From Chara braunii (Eukaryota; Plantae; Charophyceae): a stretch of DNA of 64,000 nt. Shown here in pieces: positions 39,384-51,337 of the stretch. Position numbers and translations under genes: made by a program. Numbering within the stretch: position 1 is the stretch's first letter; the number at the start of each line of letters is the position of its first letter. The stretch is taken from positions 2,439,533 through 2,503,532 of the forward strand of contig BFEA01000018.1 of the NCBI GenBank assembly GCA_003427395.1, written 5' to 3'. The notes beneath the pieces are model-generated. The model was not told the DNA's origin. It saw only the letters and a program-made list of their open reading frames with translations, and searched no databases.

Positions 39384-41900
39384 TTAATCCATCAATTTTT
39401 CATTCAGCTGTAGCAGTAGGAGTGCATTCACTTCCGAAGTCAGGACAATCGCCTCCAACTCCTCACTGTTTCTCTCTCGAACCGCATTCAGTTGAAGCCA
39501 TCTGATCCCTTCCTGCGTCAAGAGGTCTGTTGTGGCAGTGTCGATTCCCGCGTCGATGAGTGGGAAGTAAAACTTGTAGACTTTATCCTGTAGTGGAGTC
39601 ATGATGCTAACCATCGTTGATCTTGAGATTAGCCTTATAGGGTAAACGTCACCAAACAGCCTCTTTGTTATATTGATTACTTCGATCGGCTGTGGGGAGC
39701 GATCCACTTGTTCCGATGGCAGGTAAGGGTTGCCATTAGAGGTATCCATGCCCAAGAAGTAGATCACACCCTGCACAACCGTACAGACCAGCTGAAAGAG
39801 TCTCCTCTCCAACGAAGTCTGGTCGTTGTATGGAGTGTGTTGCAGTCCTTGTCTGTTTCTGTAATCTCTCTTGCTTTTTGTGTCTGATTTCCCCCCTTTC
39901 CTCCTGTGTGACCTTGCTGAGCTTCCCGTCGAGGACTCTGAGCATTCATGTCTCAGTGAGTTATGACCTGCTCCTGCTAACTCGTCCCCCAACAGCTCAC
40001 TTCCCATTGCTACTCTCGATTGAGAGGACACCGATTGTGTTGGGCGCTGTTCCACAGTACCTGTGCCGCCCTCTCTCTTCTTCATCATCCCTCTCCCTGT
40101 ATCACCTGCTCCATCCGCTCCAAGTTGACTTCTCCGAATTTTTGTACCCGTTGTTTTACCCGTTCCCCTCGACTGCCTCAAGGCATTCTGAACCCCCCAT
40201 GCCCCCCTGCCCTGGTCGCCACTGTGGGTGGTTCTCTCAGTGCCTAGGCCGAAACCTCCGTATTGGAGAAGTAATCGCTGGTGAGGGTCCTGCAGTCTAT
40301 CCTCCACCCCATACTGCCCATACTTACTACAGTTAGGATCGTAGGGTCGGAAACCCTGTGGTTGGGAGCGCGGTGGGGGGTGTGGATAAGGGTAAGGGCT
40401 TGCGTTCCCTGGCCAGTATACCGGATTTAACCATGGAGGCCTCAAGAAATTTTCTTGAGGGCGGGTTCGTTAGAGGACCGTGCAAAGGAGCGTACGTGTG
40501 GCCAGTGTTTACTGCCCCTACAGGGCCTGGGTAGGGGTGAGCGGCTGTTACACCATTACCTTCCTCCCCAGTAGGGATCCCACCGCTTCTCTGATGCCCT
40601 CTCCAATCTTGTCCTCCTTGAGAGGGGGTAGGGCTGCTTGTACGACTGGATCTGCGCCACCTGTCCCCCCTATTGGAGGTACCTCCGATCGTCCAACCTG
40701 GGAATTTCCTCCCCCCTCCGGTTGTGCTGAGTGGCCCTGCTGAGTCGACCCTGCCTGCACTGTTTCTTGTCTCGGAAATCTGGAGTTGACCCATTGTCTG
40801 CAAGGACGGTCAATTGCGTGGCGAGAGCAATTTTCTTCGGTGTGGAAATACCATCTGCATTTCCTGCACCAGTCCGTATATGGGGTCACCACTTGGACTT
40901 TCCACCATTCTCCCGTAGGGGACTCTATGGTAAGTGTGTCCTCCACTCTGAGTCTTGCCTGCGGGTCCATATCCAGCTTGATATTTCTTAGTGAGGGGCG
41001 TGACCGATCCACCTCCGGGGCATGCATGTGCTTGACACCTCCAATTAGGCCTTCAACTGCACTAGGCAGATAATACATGGCTTCAAATGAAACTTGGAGA
41101 GCGACTATCCATAAATTGGTCCAATGAAACTTGGAGAGCGACTACCCATAAATTGGTCTTTGCATCTCTTAACCGTAGTCCCTTCAGTTCAGCCTTCGGC
41201 ATCCACGGCTTGAATGATACTGGGTACTCTTTCTGTCCCAGTTTCAGCCTAGAGGAAGCTTTCTGGACCAACCACGTCGCAACTTCTGGAGCTTTCGCCA
41301 CGCATGAGATAACATTCGGGTTTTCGAATTTTACCCGCCCTCTCTGTACCTCTGGGCTTAATATCCTTCGCGCAAACCATCCATCTTCGTAAGTCCTCAT
41401 CAAATCTTCCTTCAACAGCTTAGCCTCATCTTGGAATATGAAGATCACAGTTCTTTCTTTCAGCCACTTTTCCTTGATCGCATCCAATGATCCGTCAACC
41501 TTGACGCTCTATCTCTTCCATCTTGACCTTCTACCTCCATCTCTGTTTATCATACCCCGGAAGCTAACTAAATTCCGTAGGATCCTGTTTGTAGCTCGTA
41601 TAATAGCACCTCCTTTCCGATTGACATCTCAATCCATACTTCCTGTCCAACGCCTCTATCCACCTTCGTAGGATAGGTTAACTTCGTCTGCGAAACTTTG
41701 CCTCTTCTTGCACCTGCTGCTTTGTGTCGACCAATCTTCACTCTTGAAATCTAATTCCCAACTCCTACGGGGCTAATGGGCGAGTCGGAGCTCACGATGA
41801 AAGAGTATATCTGGTTTTCTCGACCTTCGTCCGCGATGGCGAAGGTATCGAGGGAGTAGTACCCGGGAAAACGCCAAAGTGGCGTCCCGGGTCTCGTCGC
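39384..41900 (-). pseudogene. LINE ORF1, frameshifted (RRM-like region, CCHC knuckle, low-complexity linker, C-terminal globular domain)
   Basis: ORFs 41083..41487, 40548..41078 and 39384..40445 are colinear pieces. Confidence 0.8.
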
Positions 41901-43018
41901 TTCGGAGCAGCGCAGTCAGTGCGCTATCTTGCCCAGCAGCGTTATGCCCCGGCGCCTCCACAATGCACGTTGACAACCGGTGCCCTGGAAAAACTTTATA
42001 TTCCAATGAGAGAAACACTGGGGCCCAATAATACACCCCAACAAAACAACCCCGAAACACTTTCTGGGGCACCGCATTTCTGTGGGGTCCCAGCCTTAGC
42101 CAGTTCCGAGGCGACTGGCGGAGGAGATTTTGGAGGTCCGGTCTGGCACAAAATTGCCCCCAGGCAAGGGGCTTGTGACCAATTACCAAAAAGAGGAGGG
42201 GCATGGCACGAGTAAATAGGCCAGGCATCAGTCCCCCTTTTTCCAATCCGGTTTGCTCGGGGGGAACAAAGCACCGTACAAAACCCCTCCACGAGTGAAG
42301 GCATGCTCACACTACTGTAGCACCTTTTAAGTTATTGTTGGGCAGAATTCTGGCCAGATGCATATAAGTTCGGTCAGTTGCGTATAACTTCGGCCATAAA
42401 TGCGGTCAGGATAGTGTTAACGTGAGTACGCCCTGAGAACCGTATTGCAGATAGACGATCCGAAAGTCTTTCTCAAGAACGAACCAGAGGGTTGAGGGTT
42501 GCAGGTGTTTTCAAACCAGAACTTTGACGATGGGGCGCAGGGACGGAGGGATGGCTATGCAGACGAGAAGACGGAAGGTGACAGCAGTACTAGAGAGTAG
42601 TTGAGTGAGCAGCGAGTCGAGAGGATGATGACATTGGAAATGAGAGAGGGGATAATGCGAGAAAAGCGACCACTGATCGGGCCCACCATAGATGGAAGCC
42701 CGGAGCTTGGTTGGGGCCTTCCACTTGGCAATGAGCTCCTGGCGGCCATGAATCCAATCCAGTAGCTAAAAAGAATGCAGCTATGGCGGTATGCAGAGGG
42801 GTGGCGGGGGTCGTAAGCTCTTGCAACGGAAGATTGGCTGACAACATCAGAATGTTCGAGTGTTCACGGAAAGCCGTTTCCAAGCGCTTCCACTGCTCGA
42901 GCCGTTGTACACGACGGAGCTATTGTCTAGGGAGAAGAGTCAGAAGTATGACTATACATTTGTGGCCGTGAAAAAATCCTCCTCGTGCCAAAGCCGGGCG
43001 ATCGAGACAGAGATCTAG

Positions 43019-43106
<88 letters not shown>

Positions 43107-44310
43107 NNNNNNNNNNNNNNNNNNNNNNNNNNNNNNNNNNNNNNNNNNNNNNNNNNNNNNNNNNNNNNNNNNNNNNNNNNNNNNNNNNNNNNNNNNNNNN
43201 NNNNNNNNNNNNNNNNNNNNNNNNNNNNNNNNNNNNNNNNNNNNNNNNNNNNNNNNNNNNNNNNNNNNNNNNNNNNNNNNNNNNNNNNNNNNNNNNNNNN
43301 NNNNNNNNNNNNNNNNNNNNNNNNNNNNNNNNNNNNNNNNNNNNNNNNNNNNNNNNNNNNNNNNNNNNNNNNNNNNNNNNNNNNNNNNNNNNNNNNNNNN
43401 NNNNNNNNNNNNNNNNNNNNNNNNNNNNNNNNNNNNNNNNNNNNNNNNNNNNNNNNNNNNNNNNNNNNNNNNNNNNNNNNNNNNNNNNNNNNNNNNNNNN
43501 NNNNNNNNNNNNNNNNNNNNNNNNNNNNNNNNNNNNNNNNNNNNNNNNNNNNNNNNNNNNNNNNNNNNNNNNNNNNNNNNNNNNNNNNNNNNNNNNNNNN
43601 NNNNNNNNNNNNNNNNNNNNNNNNNNNNNNNNNNNNNNNNNNNNNNNNNNNNNNNNNNNNNNNNNNNNNNNNNNNNNNNNNNNNNNNNNNNNNNNNNNNN
43701 NNNNNNNNNNNNNNNNNNNNNNNNNNNNNNNNNNNNNNNNNNNNNNNNNNNNNNNNNNNNNNNNNNNNNNNNNNNNNNNNNNNNNNNNNNNNNNNNNNNN
43801 NNNNNNNNNNNNNNNNNNNNNNNNNNNNNNNNNNNNNNNNNNNNNNNNNNNNNNNNNNNNNNNNNNNNNNNNNNNNNNNNNNNNNNNNNNNNNNNNNNNN
43901 NNNNNNNNNNNNNNNNNNNNNNNNNNNNNNNNNNNNNNNNNNNNNNNNNNNNNNNNNNNNNNNNNNNNNNNNNNNNNNNNNAAAAAAAAAAAAAAAAAAG
44001 AAAGGAAGAAGAAAACGAAACAAAAAAACAAAACGAACACATGAACGAAAACGAAACCGATCAACCAGATCAACGGAAGGGCGAGCAAGTAGCAACGGAA
44101 TCGATCGCCAGTGGATGGACTTCTTTTTTTCTTTTTCTTTTTTTCTTCTTCATGAAATCAAAGAGCAAACGGCAGATTTCCACGTGGAAGATAGCAAAAA
44201 TCCAATCAACGACAGGGCAAGCAAGCAGTGGATTTCTTGGTTTTGTTAATCTTTATTTTGTTAATCCATGATTCCATTCCACATTTGCGTCTTTTCCTTC
44301 GGTAGATTTT

Positions 44311-44345
<35 letters not shown>

Positions 44346-45374
44346 TGTGTGTATATCTGTGTAATCTCCCCACCGGCTGAGCGGCTGAGCTTTCAAGGGA
44401 GCGCAGCATTCTCACAAGGATCTGCTTTCGCCAGTTTTGTTGTTTCTTCACGATCGAAGAAAGATCGGACGAAAAAAAAAAAAAAAAAAGAAGAAAGATC
44501 GGACGAGATCGAAGAAAGATCGGACGAGATCTCTGAGTCGTGGTGATGACACGTGGATAGCAGAGACTAACCGACGTGGAGGCTGGGCTGCTTCTCAGAA
44601 AGCATTAAGGTCTGATCTGGGTCCGTCGCTTTCACATTCTTGTCTTGATCTGATTAGTTCGGAGGGTGGTCACATTCGTGTCTTAATCCCAGGATGGAAT
44701 CCAGGACGATCGACCGGAGGACTCAATCCAAAGAAAATTTTGGTCGCATCTTCTTCGCACTTTGGATCTGCTGCAGTACAACTGCAGGCCAAAGGAAAAA
44801 AAAAAAACAGAAAAAAAAACTGGAAGAGAGCAGTTGGACTGGATTTCTTGGGTGAATGCGGGTGATATGACTCGATCGAACGGCCGGTCGCCTAGTTGCA
44901 TCTGGACTGAAAATTGCACCAGATACGGCTGTAAAGCCTGTAATGACCGGGCGTTCTATGCGGGTGAAGATGGTAGTTAGCGCGTTAAGGATACCCGCTC
45001 GGCGGAGAACGGTGGAGGTTTGACTGGTCGACAAAGATTGATTTTGAGTACGTCTGTGTGTATGTGTTGCGTCTGTGGTGTGTGTGTCTGTATGTCTTTG
45101 GAGAGAGAGAGAGAGNNNNNNNNNNNNNNNNNNNNNNNNNNNNNNNNNNNNNNNNNNNNNNNNNNNNNNNNNNNNNNNNNNNNNNNNNNNNNNNNNNNNN
45201 NNNNNNNNNNNNNNNNNNNNNNNNNNNNNNNNNNNNNNNNNNNNNNNNNNNNNNNNNNNNNNNNNNNNNNNNNNNNNNNNNNNNNNNNNNNNNNNNNNNN
45301 NNNNNNNNNNNNNNNNNNNNNNNNNNNNNNNNNNNNNNNNNNNNNNNNNNNNNNNNNNNNNNNNNNNNNNNNNN

Positions 45375-45451
<77 letters not shown>

Positions 45452-45725
45452 GCGGGGTGGTTAGATTGCTCAAACTAACGTTCCTAGGTATATATCCAAG
45501 ACGGATTGATAATCGGATGTAATGCACCCAGGTCGAGAATAGAATAATTGATTTGTTGTAGTCTTTATTGGACGATCGGTTGATCGATCGACGGGTTGAT
45601 CGGTCACATAGAGATCGTTCATCGCTCACACAGGATATATCCACGGTCGACAATACCCGAGTATGCCGTCGGACATGGTGGAGCCTTCCACAGGAGCGGC
45701 AAGGTGCCCTGCATGTGCATTGCCT

Positions 45726-45769
<44 letters not shown>

Positions 45770-46571
45770 TTCCGCTTCCGCTTCCGCTGCCGCTCTTCCC
45801 TCCCTTTCTCTATCTCTTCCTCTCCATCGGATTTCTCTGGCTTCGTCTTTTCAGTAGTGCGCCGATCGACTGGTTGAGTTCTATTGCTCCATTGAGCTCC
45901 AGGTCTACTCCCTCTCTGCCTCTCTCCCACTCTCCCTCTCTGCCTCTCTCCCACTCTCTCTCTCTCTCTCTCCCTCACTCACCGCTGTCTCTCTACATGT
46001 CCTTTTTCCTATGCGCAAGGAATACCTGAATGTATGGAGCTATAGGGATAAATAGATGAGATGGGTGGATTGCTGTCTAGATAGGTACTGTCTTTTCTAA
46101 GCAGAACGATCGCGATGGGAGTGTGGATAGAACGATCGGGATGGGAGTGTGGATAATACTGGATATACTTATTACTGTATTACACGTACACTAAATAGTC
46201 ATCAACGCGGAGCGGGCTGGCGACGGAGAAGGGAAAGGGAAACGTTAGCTGGCAGCAAGGGGAAAAGGCTTTACAATTACGTTTTTCTGTTCCCTTGTTT
46301 TTTTTGCGGTCTAGCAGGAAGTGCGTATATACCCCTGGAGTGAAAGCACGCTTGCACTCTCTACGATAGAACCTGAAGAAAGCCTATATGAGGAGTGAGG
46401 GAGGGAGGAGTCAAGGTGGGGGCGGGTGGAGCGTGATCTCCTCTTATTGACAGAGGCGGAAGGGACGTGATGAGGAGTATGCGGGTGAGATGACTGGTCG
46501 AATCTAAAGAGGGCTAACATTATAATTAACCATGCCGGCTCCGGCTAACATTATCATTAACGATGATGAGG

Positions 46572-46605
<34 letters not shown>

Positions 46606-46842
46606 CGCGCGCGCATATTGAATTTTGAATTTCTCGGTCTGTTTCAGTCTATGCAATTGTGTTCTGAGAGAGGACACGTGACGGCTTTAAGGTTCAGTCT
46701 ACAGAATCCATGTCGTGACTGTGATTCTGGTCTGCGCCTCGCGAGGACACGTGGGTGTTCACGGGGTGGGGACACGTGTCTTCCTCTGGACGCTTTGACA
46801 CTTTCCTCCTCTCTTTCCCGCAGTTTGTCAAAAAGTGGGGGG

Positions 46843-46950
46843 AAGATAAAATGCCTCTGGGGTATGTGAGGCCTGTAAGATAAAATGCCTCTGGTATGTG
46901 AGGCCTGTAAGATAAAATGCCTCTGGTATGTGAGGCCTGTAAGATAAAAT
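46843..46950. repeat. Minisatellite, ~32-bp unit, just over 3 copies
   Basis: AAGATAAAATGCCTCTGGTATGTGAGGCCTGT repeated with no unique spacers. Confidence 0.92.
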
Positions 46951-46974
46951 GAAATGGTCCGTCCCTGGGGCATA

Positions 46975-47071
46975 GGGTCAGATCCCACTACCCTGGATTA
47001 TTCATTTTTCACCCTCGATTACGAAGATCAACGGTCGCAAATGAACAATAGGGGCTAGTGGGATCTGGCCC
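46975..47071. mobile_element. 97-bp MITE-like hairpin flanked by TA
   Basis: TA|GGGTCAGATCCCACTA...TAGTGGGATCTGGCCC|TA; imperfect arms extend ~33 bp. Confidence 0.7.
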
Positions 47072-47161
47072 TACTCAGGTCCGTCCCTGGGCCGCAGAAA
47101 TCGGCGGTAGGTAAAAAGCGATGGTTTGTATCATGACCGGTAAGGGTAAAATGCAATGGTA

Positions 47162-47340
47162 ATACCTTTCTCGGCCTTTTGGCTAAGATCAAATGTAGTA
47201 TCTGTTCTGATCAGTATAATATCTGATCCGTGGTCCATCGGGCCACTACGATATTAAATTAATTTTTCTGGGCTCCGGGGGGGTCAAATGGGGAGGCTTG
47301 CCTGCTCGACCCCTCCAGTGAAAAAAATAGAAATAAAAAA
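47162..47340 (+). pseudogene. U2: Retroposed U2 snRNA copy, 3'-truncated (no stem-loop IV), with A-rich tail and 15-bp TSD
   Basis: ATACCTTTCTCGGCCTTTTGGCTAAGATCAAATGTAGTATCTGTTC is the plant-type U2 5' end. Stems IIa, IIb and III and an Sm-like AATTTTT are present. TAAAATGCAATGGTA occurs at 47147-47161 and 47341-47355. Confidence 0.93.
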
Positions 47341-47402
47341 TAAAATGCAATGGTACGTCCCTGGGTCCTACTTAGGATGTACTCGCACTACCTTCTTCAC
47401 CC

Positions 47403-47479
47403 ATACAACGGACGGTCATTATAGCTGTATTTAGACGGAAAGATACCCCAAATACAGTTATAATGACCGTGCGTTGTAT
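47403..47479. repeat. Near-perfect hairpin, ~30-bp stem
   Basis: ATACAACGGACGGTCATTATAGCTGTATTT ... AAATACAGTTATAATGACCGTGCGTTGTAT. Confidence 0.85.
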
Positions 47480-49188
47480 TCGGGGGAAGAAGGTGGTAGG
47501 GCTTTCCTGGATGCCTGTGACCGATTTTCCGCCTGGCCTGAATGCACCTGACTGCAATTACGTTCAAAGGGAAGTGGAAAAGGTCCTACCGGTAGTGAGT
47601 ATGCCCTCAGACGTGGAATTTCGTGAATGCATCTGACTGCCAACTGCAGTCAAAAAGGTCATGGCGTGAGGGGGTTGGCCTTAGGTCGGAGTTGCACCAC
47701 TCGCAATGGGGCAAAATTTTAAATGCATCTGGACGCATTGTTTGTCAATATGCATTCGAAATCTTGGCGGATGGGGAGGGGTGCAACTAGCTAGGCCCTT
47801 AGGTTTTTTTTGGCCCTTTTCAAAGCCCCTGTCTGACTGAGAAGCATGGTCTCCTTAGTTGTTATCCAGCCTGGATCCAATCTGGTATCTGACCGACATT
47901 GCGGCCACGTGCAGTCAAAAAAAAAAAAAGTCGATTGTTGCGAGTATGCCCCTACCCTCTTCCCCCGAACACAACGCACCCTCATTTTGGTTGTATCTGG
48001 CCGGAAGTATAACTCGTATACATTCATTTTTAGGGTGCGTTATGTTCGGGGAAAGACGGTAGTAGTTTCTTTCTGCGAACTGCCCTTGCGTTGTATCCTT
48101 GTGTCAAACCTGGATCCAGACTGATAAAGGAAGACTATGGATGTGCCTGACCGCAATTGCGGCCAAGTGCAGTAAAAAATGTCCCCGGTGTGAACTTCTC
48201 TGCACAGTCTCCTTGTGCCCAGCCTGGATGCAATCTAGGAGGAAGAATCCACGCTGGACTCTTCCAGCCTCTCCAGCCTCGCCCTCAGCTACCGTCACCA
48301 GTGAGCCACGGTCAGGCGTCAGCCGCCTCTGAATGTATCTGACCGCCTTTTCAGCTTGGATTCTTGCTTCCGTCACCCGCCAGCCACCCTTCAGACGTCC
48401 CCTCCTTCCAACCTCCGGCTTAAAATTACCTTCCTTCCTCTTTTTTCTACCCACTGCGATGTCCTGTTTACCTCTCCATACATTCCTTAACCCCCCTTCT
48501 ACCTATCCCTCTTTCGTTTGTTTCATTTGTTTCGATGCTGGAGATTNNNNNNNNNNNNNNNNNNNNNNNNNNNNNNNNNNNNNNNNNNNNNNNNNNNNNN
48601 NNNNNNNNNNNNNNNNNNNNNNNNNNNNNNNNNNNNNNNNNNNNNNNNNNNNCCTCCCTCCCGTTTTCCTCCCTCGAAGCCGGGTAATGGCCCCGGTGCT
48701 TTAATACTTGTGTTTTTACACAGGACGCTGGGCCCGGTTCCCATTACGTGCTGCTCCCCACGAATAGATTGGAGCTTTTTGTCCCAAAAAAAATAAAAAA
48801 AAAATAAAAAAGGTGTTTCTACGTCACGGTGCATACACGCATGCCGCCTTGACTTCGGATCGCTAGCGTGAGACTTAGTCTTTTACAGACGTCCTGAAGC
48901 AACCACGGTATAGTCCAATGTCGATTGAAAAAGGCAAGTTGCAATCGCTACTTTCTATATTCAAAGAGGATTGCCCTTGTACCGATTCCTTTTTCCTTCT
49001 TTTCGTATCTGTTTGCTAGATGACCGATATTGACCGGGCGTCCCCTTTCCTCCCTCGATGTTGCCGGTGTTCACCACAACTGGGTCCCTTCCATACTGGC
49101 TGCTACACCCAGGCCCTTGTCTTCTCATGGCTATCACCCCAGTTTCGAAGTCACTCTCCTCTTCTGTCAATCCCTCGTGCACGCTCCT

Positions 49189-49281
49189 TGTGCCACGTGG
49201 ACAATGGTCATCAACTATGCGGCCAGCTTGTGCCACGTGTGACAATGGTCATCAACTACGCGGCCAGTTTGTGCCACGTGT
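49189..49281. repeat. ~41-bp tandem repeat, ~2.3 copies
   Basis: TGTGCCACGTG(T)GACAATGGTCATCAACTA(T/C)GCGGCCAG. Confidence 0.9.
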
Positions 49282-49382
49282 ACGGAGACCGTCGACTAAG
49301 CTGGAGGGAGGAGGCACAGGTCGATCCGTGGAACAGCAACTGTTGCTCCCGGCAAACGTCGGCATGAATCGTAGGACTTTTC

Positions 49383-49679
49383 TGGACGTATCTCACCTGA
49401 CCGGTATCGTGGCCAGACTCATTGCAAAGAGACTTTGAGAATATGCCCTCAGATCTTTGTAATCTGGCTGTGCATCCATCTCATAACAAGTCACCACTTC
49501 TCATTTGCTCATTCGTCTCCTCATCTCGGACTTGGACGTATCTCACCTGACCGGTATCGTGGCCAGATTCATTGCAAAGAGACTTTGAGAATATGCCCTC
49601 AGATCTTTGTAATCTGGCTGTACATCCATCTCATAACCAGTCACCACTTATCATTTGCTCATTCGTCTCCTCATCTCGG
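49383..49679. repeat. 150-bp tandem duplication, near identical
   Basis: TGGACGTATCTCACCTGACCGG...CTCCTCATCTCGG at 49383 and 49533. Confidence 0.93.
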
Positions 49680-50116
49680 CCGACCTCCTTGGACGTCGCT
49701 CGCTCTGTACTAGAATAGCTCGCTTCCACATCCGTGTTGCCGTTGATGCCACAAATCTACTGCTATAGTTTACACCATTTGCCCACTACAACGGACAGTA
49801 AGTAATTAGTCTGGCTTCTGTGTATCAGCCGTCTCAACCACTCGCCACTCGTCATTTGCCCGTCTCCACAGCTTTTCAGAGTTTAGGCGTGCTTTGAACT
49901 GCAGTAGACTCACTCGCTACTACATCTGCAGGCAGGACTTCTTCAGCATGGAATTAGCACGTCTCTGCTTATCGGTGATCCACCAACAGAAACAGATGAG
50001 GACCTCCCTTGGCAATTGAGGGACGGTAACAACTGTGACGTCCCTTTCTGAGTCCACTGATGAGTCATGGCGGCTCTCTCTCTCCCTCTCCCTCTCTCTC
50101 TGTGTGCGTGCATGCA

Positions 50117-50121
<5 letters not shown>

Positions 50122-50177
<56 letters not shown>

Positions 50178-50286
50178 TGTCATTTTCGCTATACACAACT
50201 CCACTAAAAAGCATGATTTTGCCAGATTGTTTCGTCGGCTTATTTGTTGTAAAAAAACAAGAAAAGATTGTTTCGTCGGACTCATC

Positions 50287-50360
<74 letters not shown>

Positions 50361-50421
50361 NNNNNNNNNNNNNNNNNNNNNNNNNNNNNNNNNNNNNNNN
50401 NNNNNNNNNNNNNNNNNNNNN

Positions 50422-50480
<59 letters not shown>

Positions 50481-50549
50481 CGTGCACGTGCGCTGCTTAC
50501 TAATTTCTGCAAGTCAAGGGTGTCCTGCAAATTGATGATTCACCCACAC

Positions 50550-50623
<74 letters not shown>

Positions 50624-50680
50624 CTGCTAACTAATTTCTGCAAGTCAAGGTTGTCCTGCAGATTGATGATTCACCCACAC
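50122..50680. repeat. Compound (GT)n/(GA)n microsatellite cluster with a duplicated ~60-bp spacer
   Basis: Long GT and GA runs; CTAATTTCTGCAAGTCAAGG..TTGATGATTCACCCACACCA occurs twice. Confidence 0.9.
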
Positions 50681-51337
50681 CAACAAAGGAGCATGACTTT
50701 CCCTTGGCAACGAGAGAGGGGATAGCGTGACGTTCCAGAACAACATTCTCTTTTGCTTGATATTAAATAAAGAGTAACTCTTTTGACCACTTGACTTCAT
50801 GGATTCACGTTGCTGTTTAGAGATTTCGCTAAGTGATGGGCTGGGCACCGGTACCAGTGGCTAGGCCTTCATGAATATGAATTTCCAATGGACATTATGC
50901 CAACCAATTTGTGCGAAGTGAAAGAAAGAAAAAAAAGTCGGAGTGATCAAAATTCATCAAATTACTAATTTTACTTCCATTTAGTCAAAGTTCATCGTGT
51001 GAACTTTCGAACGATGCGCATGAATTTTTTAGGCACTTGAATTATCAATTTCAAGAAGCCATTGAGAGAGCAGATTTAACCACAGTTCCTGCGGAGAGGC
51101 CGTGGCACTGGTACTAACAGTATTAACGTATTGGACCAGGTGCAGCCGTAGGTATTGGTACTCGAAAAGTGCGGCAGCCACGTGAATGTACTGAATCCTC
51201 TTGTGGATCCTCTCTGCACTGTTTGTAGTTTCACGGCTCGATCTGGACTGACTCCAATCAGCGGAGTTCAGAGTATAGCTCGGATTGGTGAAATGAGTTC
51301 CCAATAGTTCACATGGTGGTGGGTTCCTGTAGCATCC

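Larger units (their letters stand above)
34531..41960 (-). mobile_element. Near full-length L1/Tx1-like LINE (ORF1, ORF2, 3'UTR, A tail); 5' end approximate
   Basis: ORF1 with CRKCRWYFHTEENC. EN ITSWNVRG/CLCIQETKL/NIYAP/GGDWN/SDHIPV. RT DLEKAYD/LRQGCPLAP/ALADD. T-tract at 34531-34553. Confidence 0.95.

Noticed and set aside
42310-45859. CACTA element (CACTACTG ... CAGTAGTG)
   Set aside because: Only 8 bp match, the 3-bp flanks differ (TCA versus CGC), and no transposase is visible
46843-46950. CRISPR-like ~32-bp repeats (also the 41-bp, 150-bp and ~200-bp arrays)
   Set aside because: Units are contiguous with no unique spacers, there are no cas genes, and the context is eukaryotic
47162-47400. 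Functional U2 gene, or target of a U2-specific LINE (Utopia/Keno type)
   Set aside because: The TSD and A tail enclose U2 itself, no LINE sequence is inserted in it, and stem-loop IV is absent. The GCACTAC near 47385 lies outside the TSD
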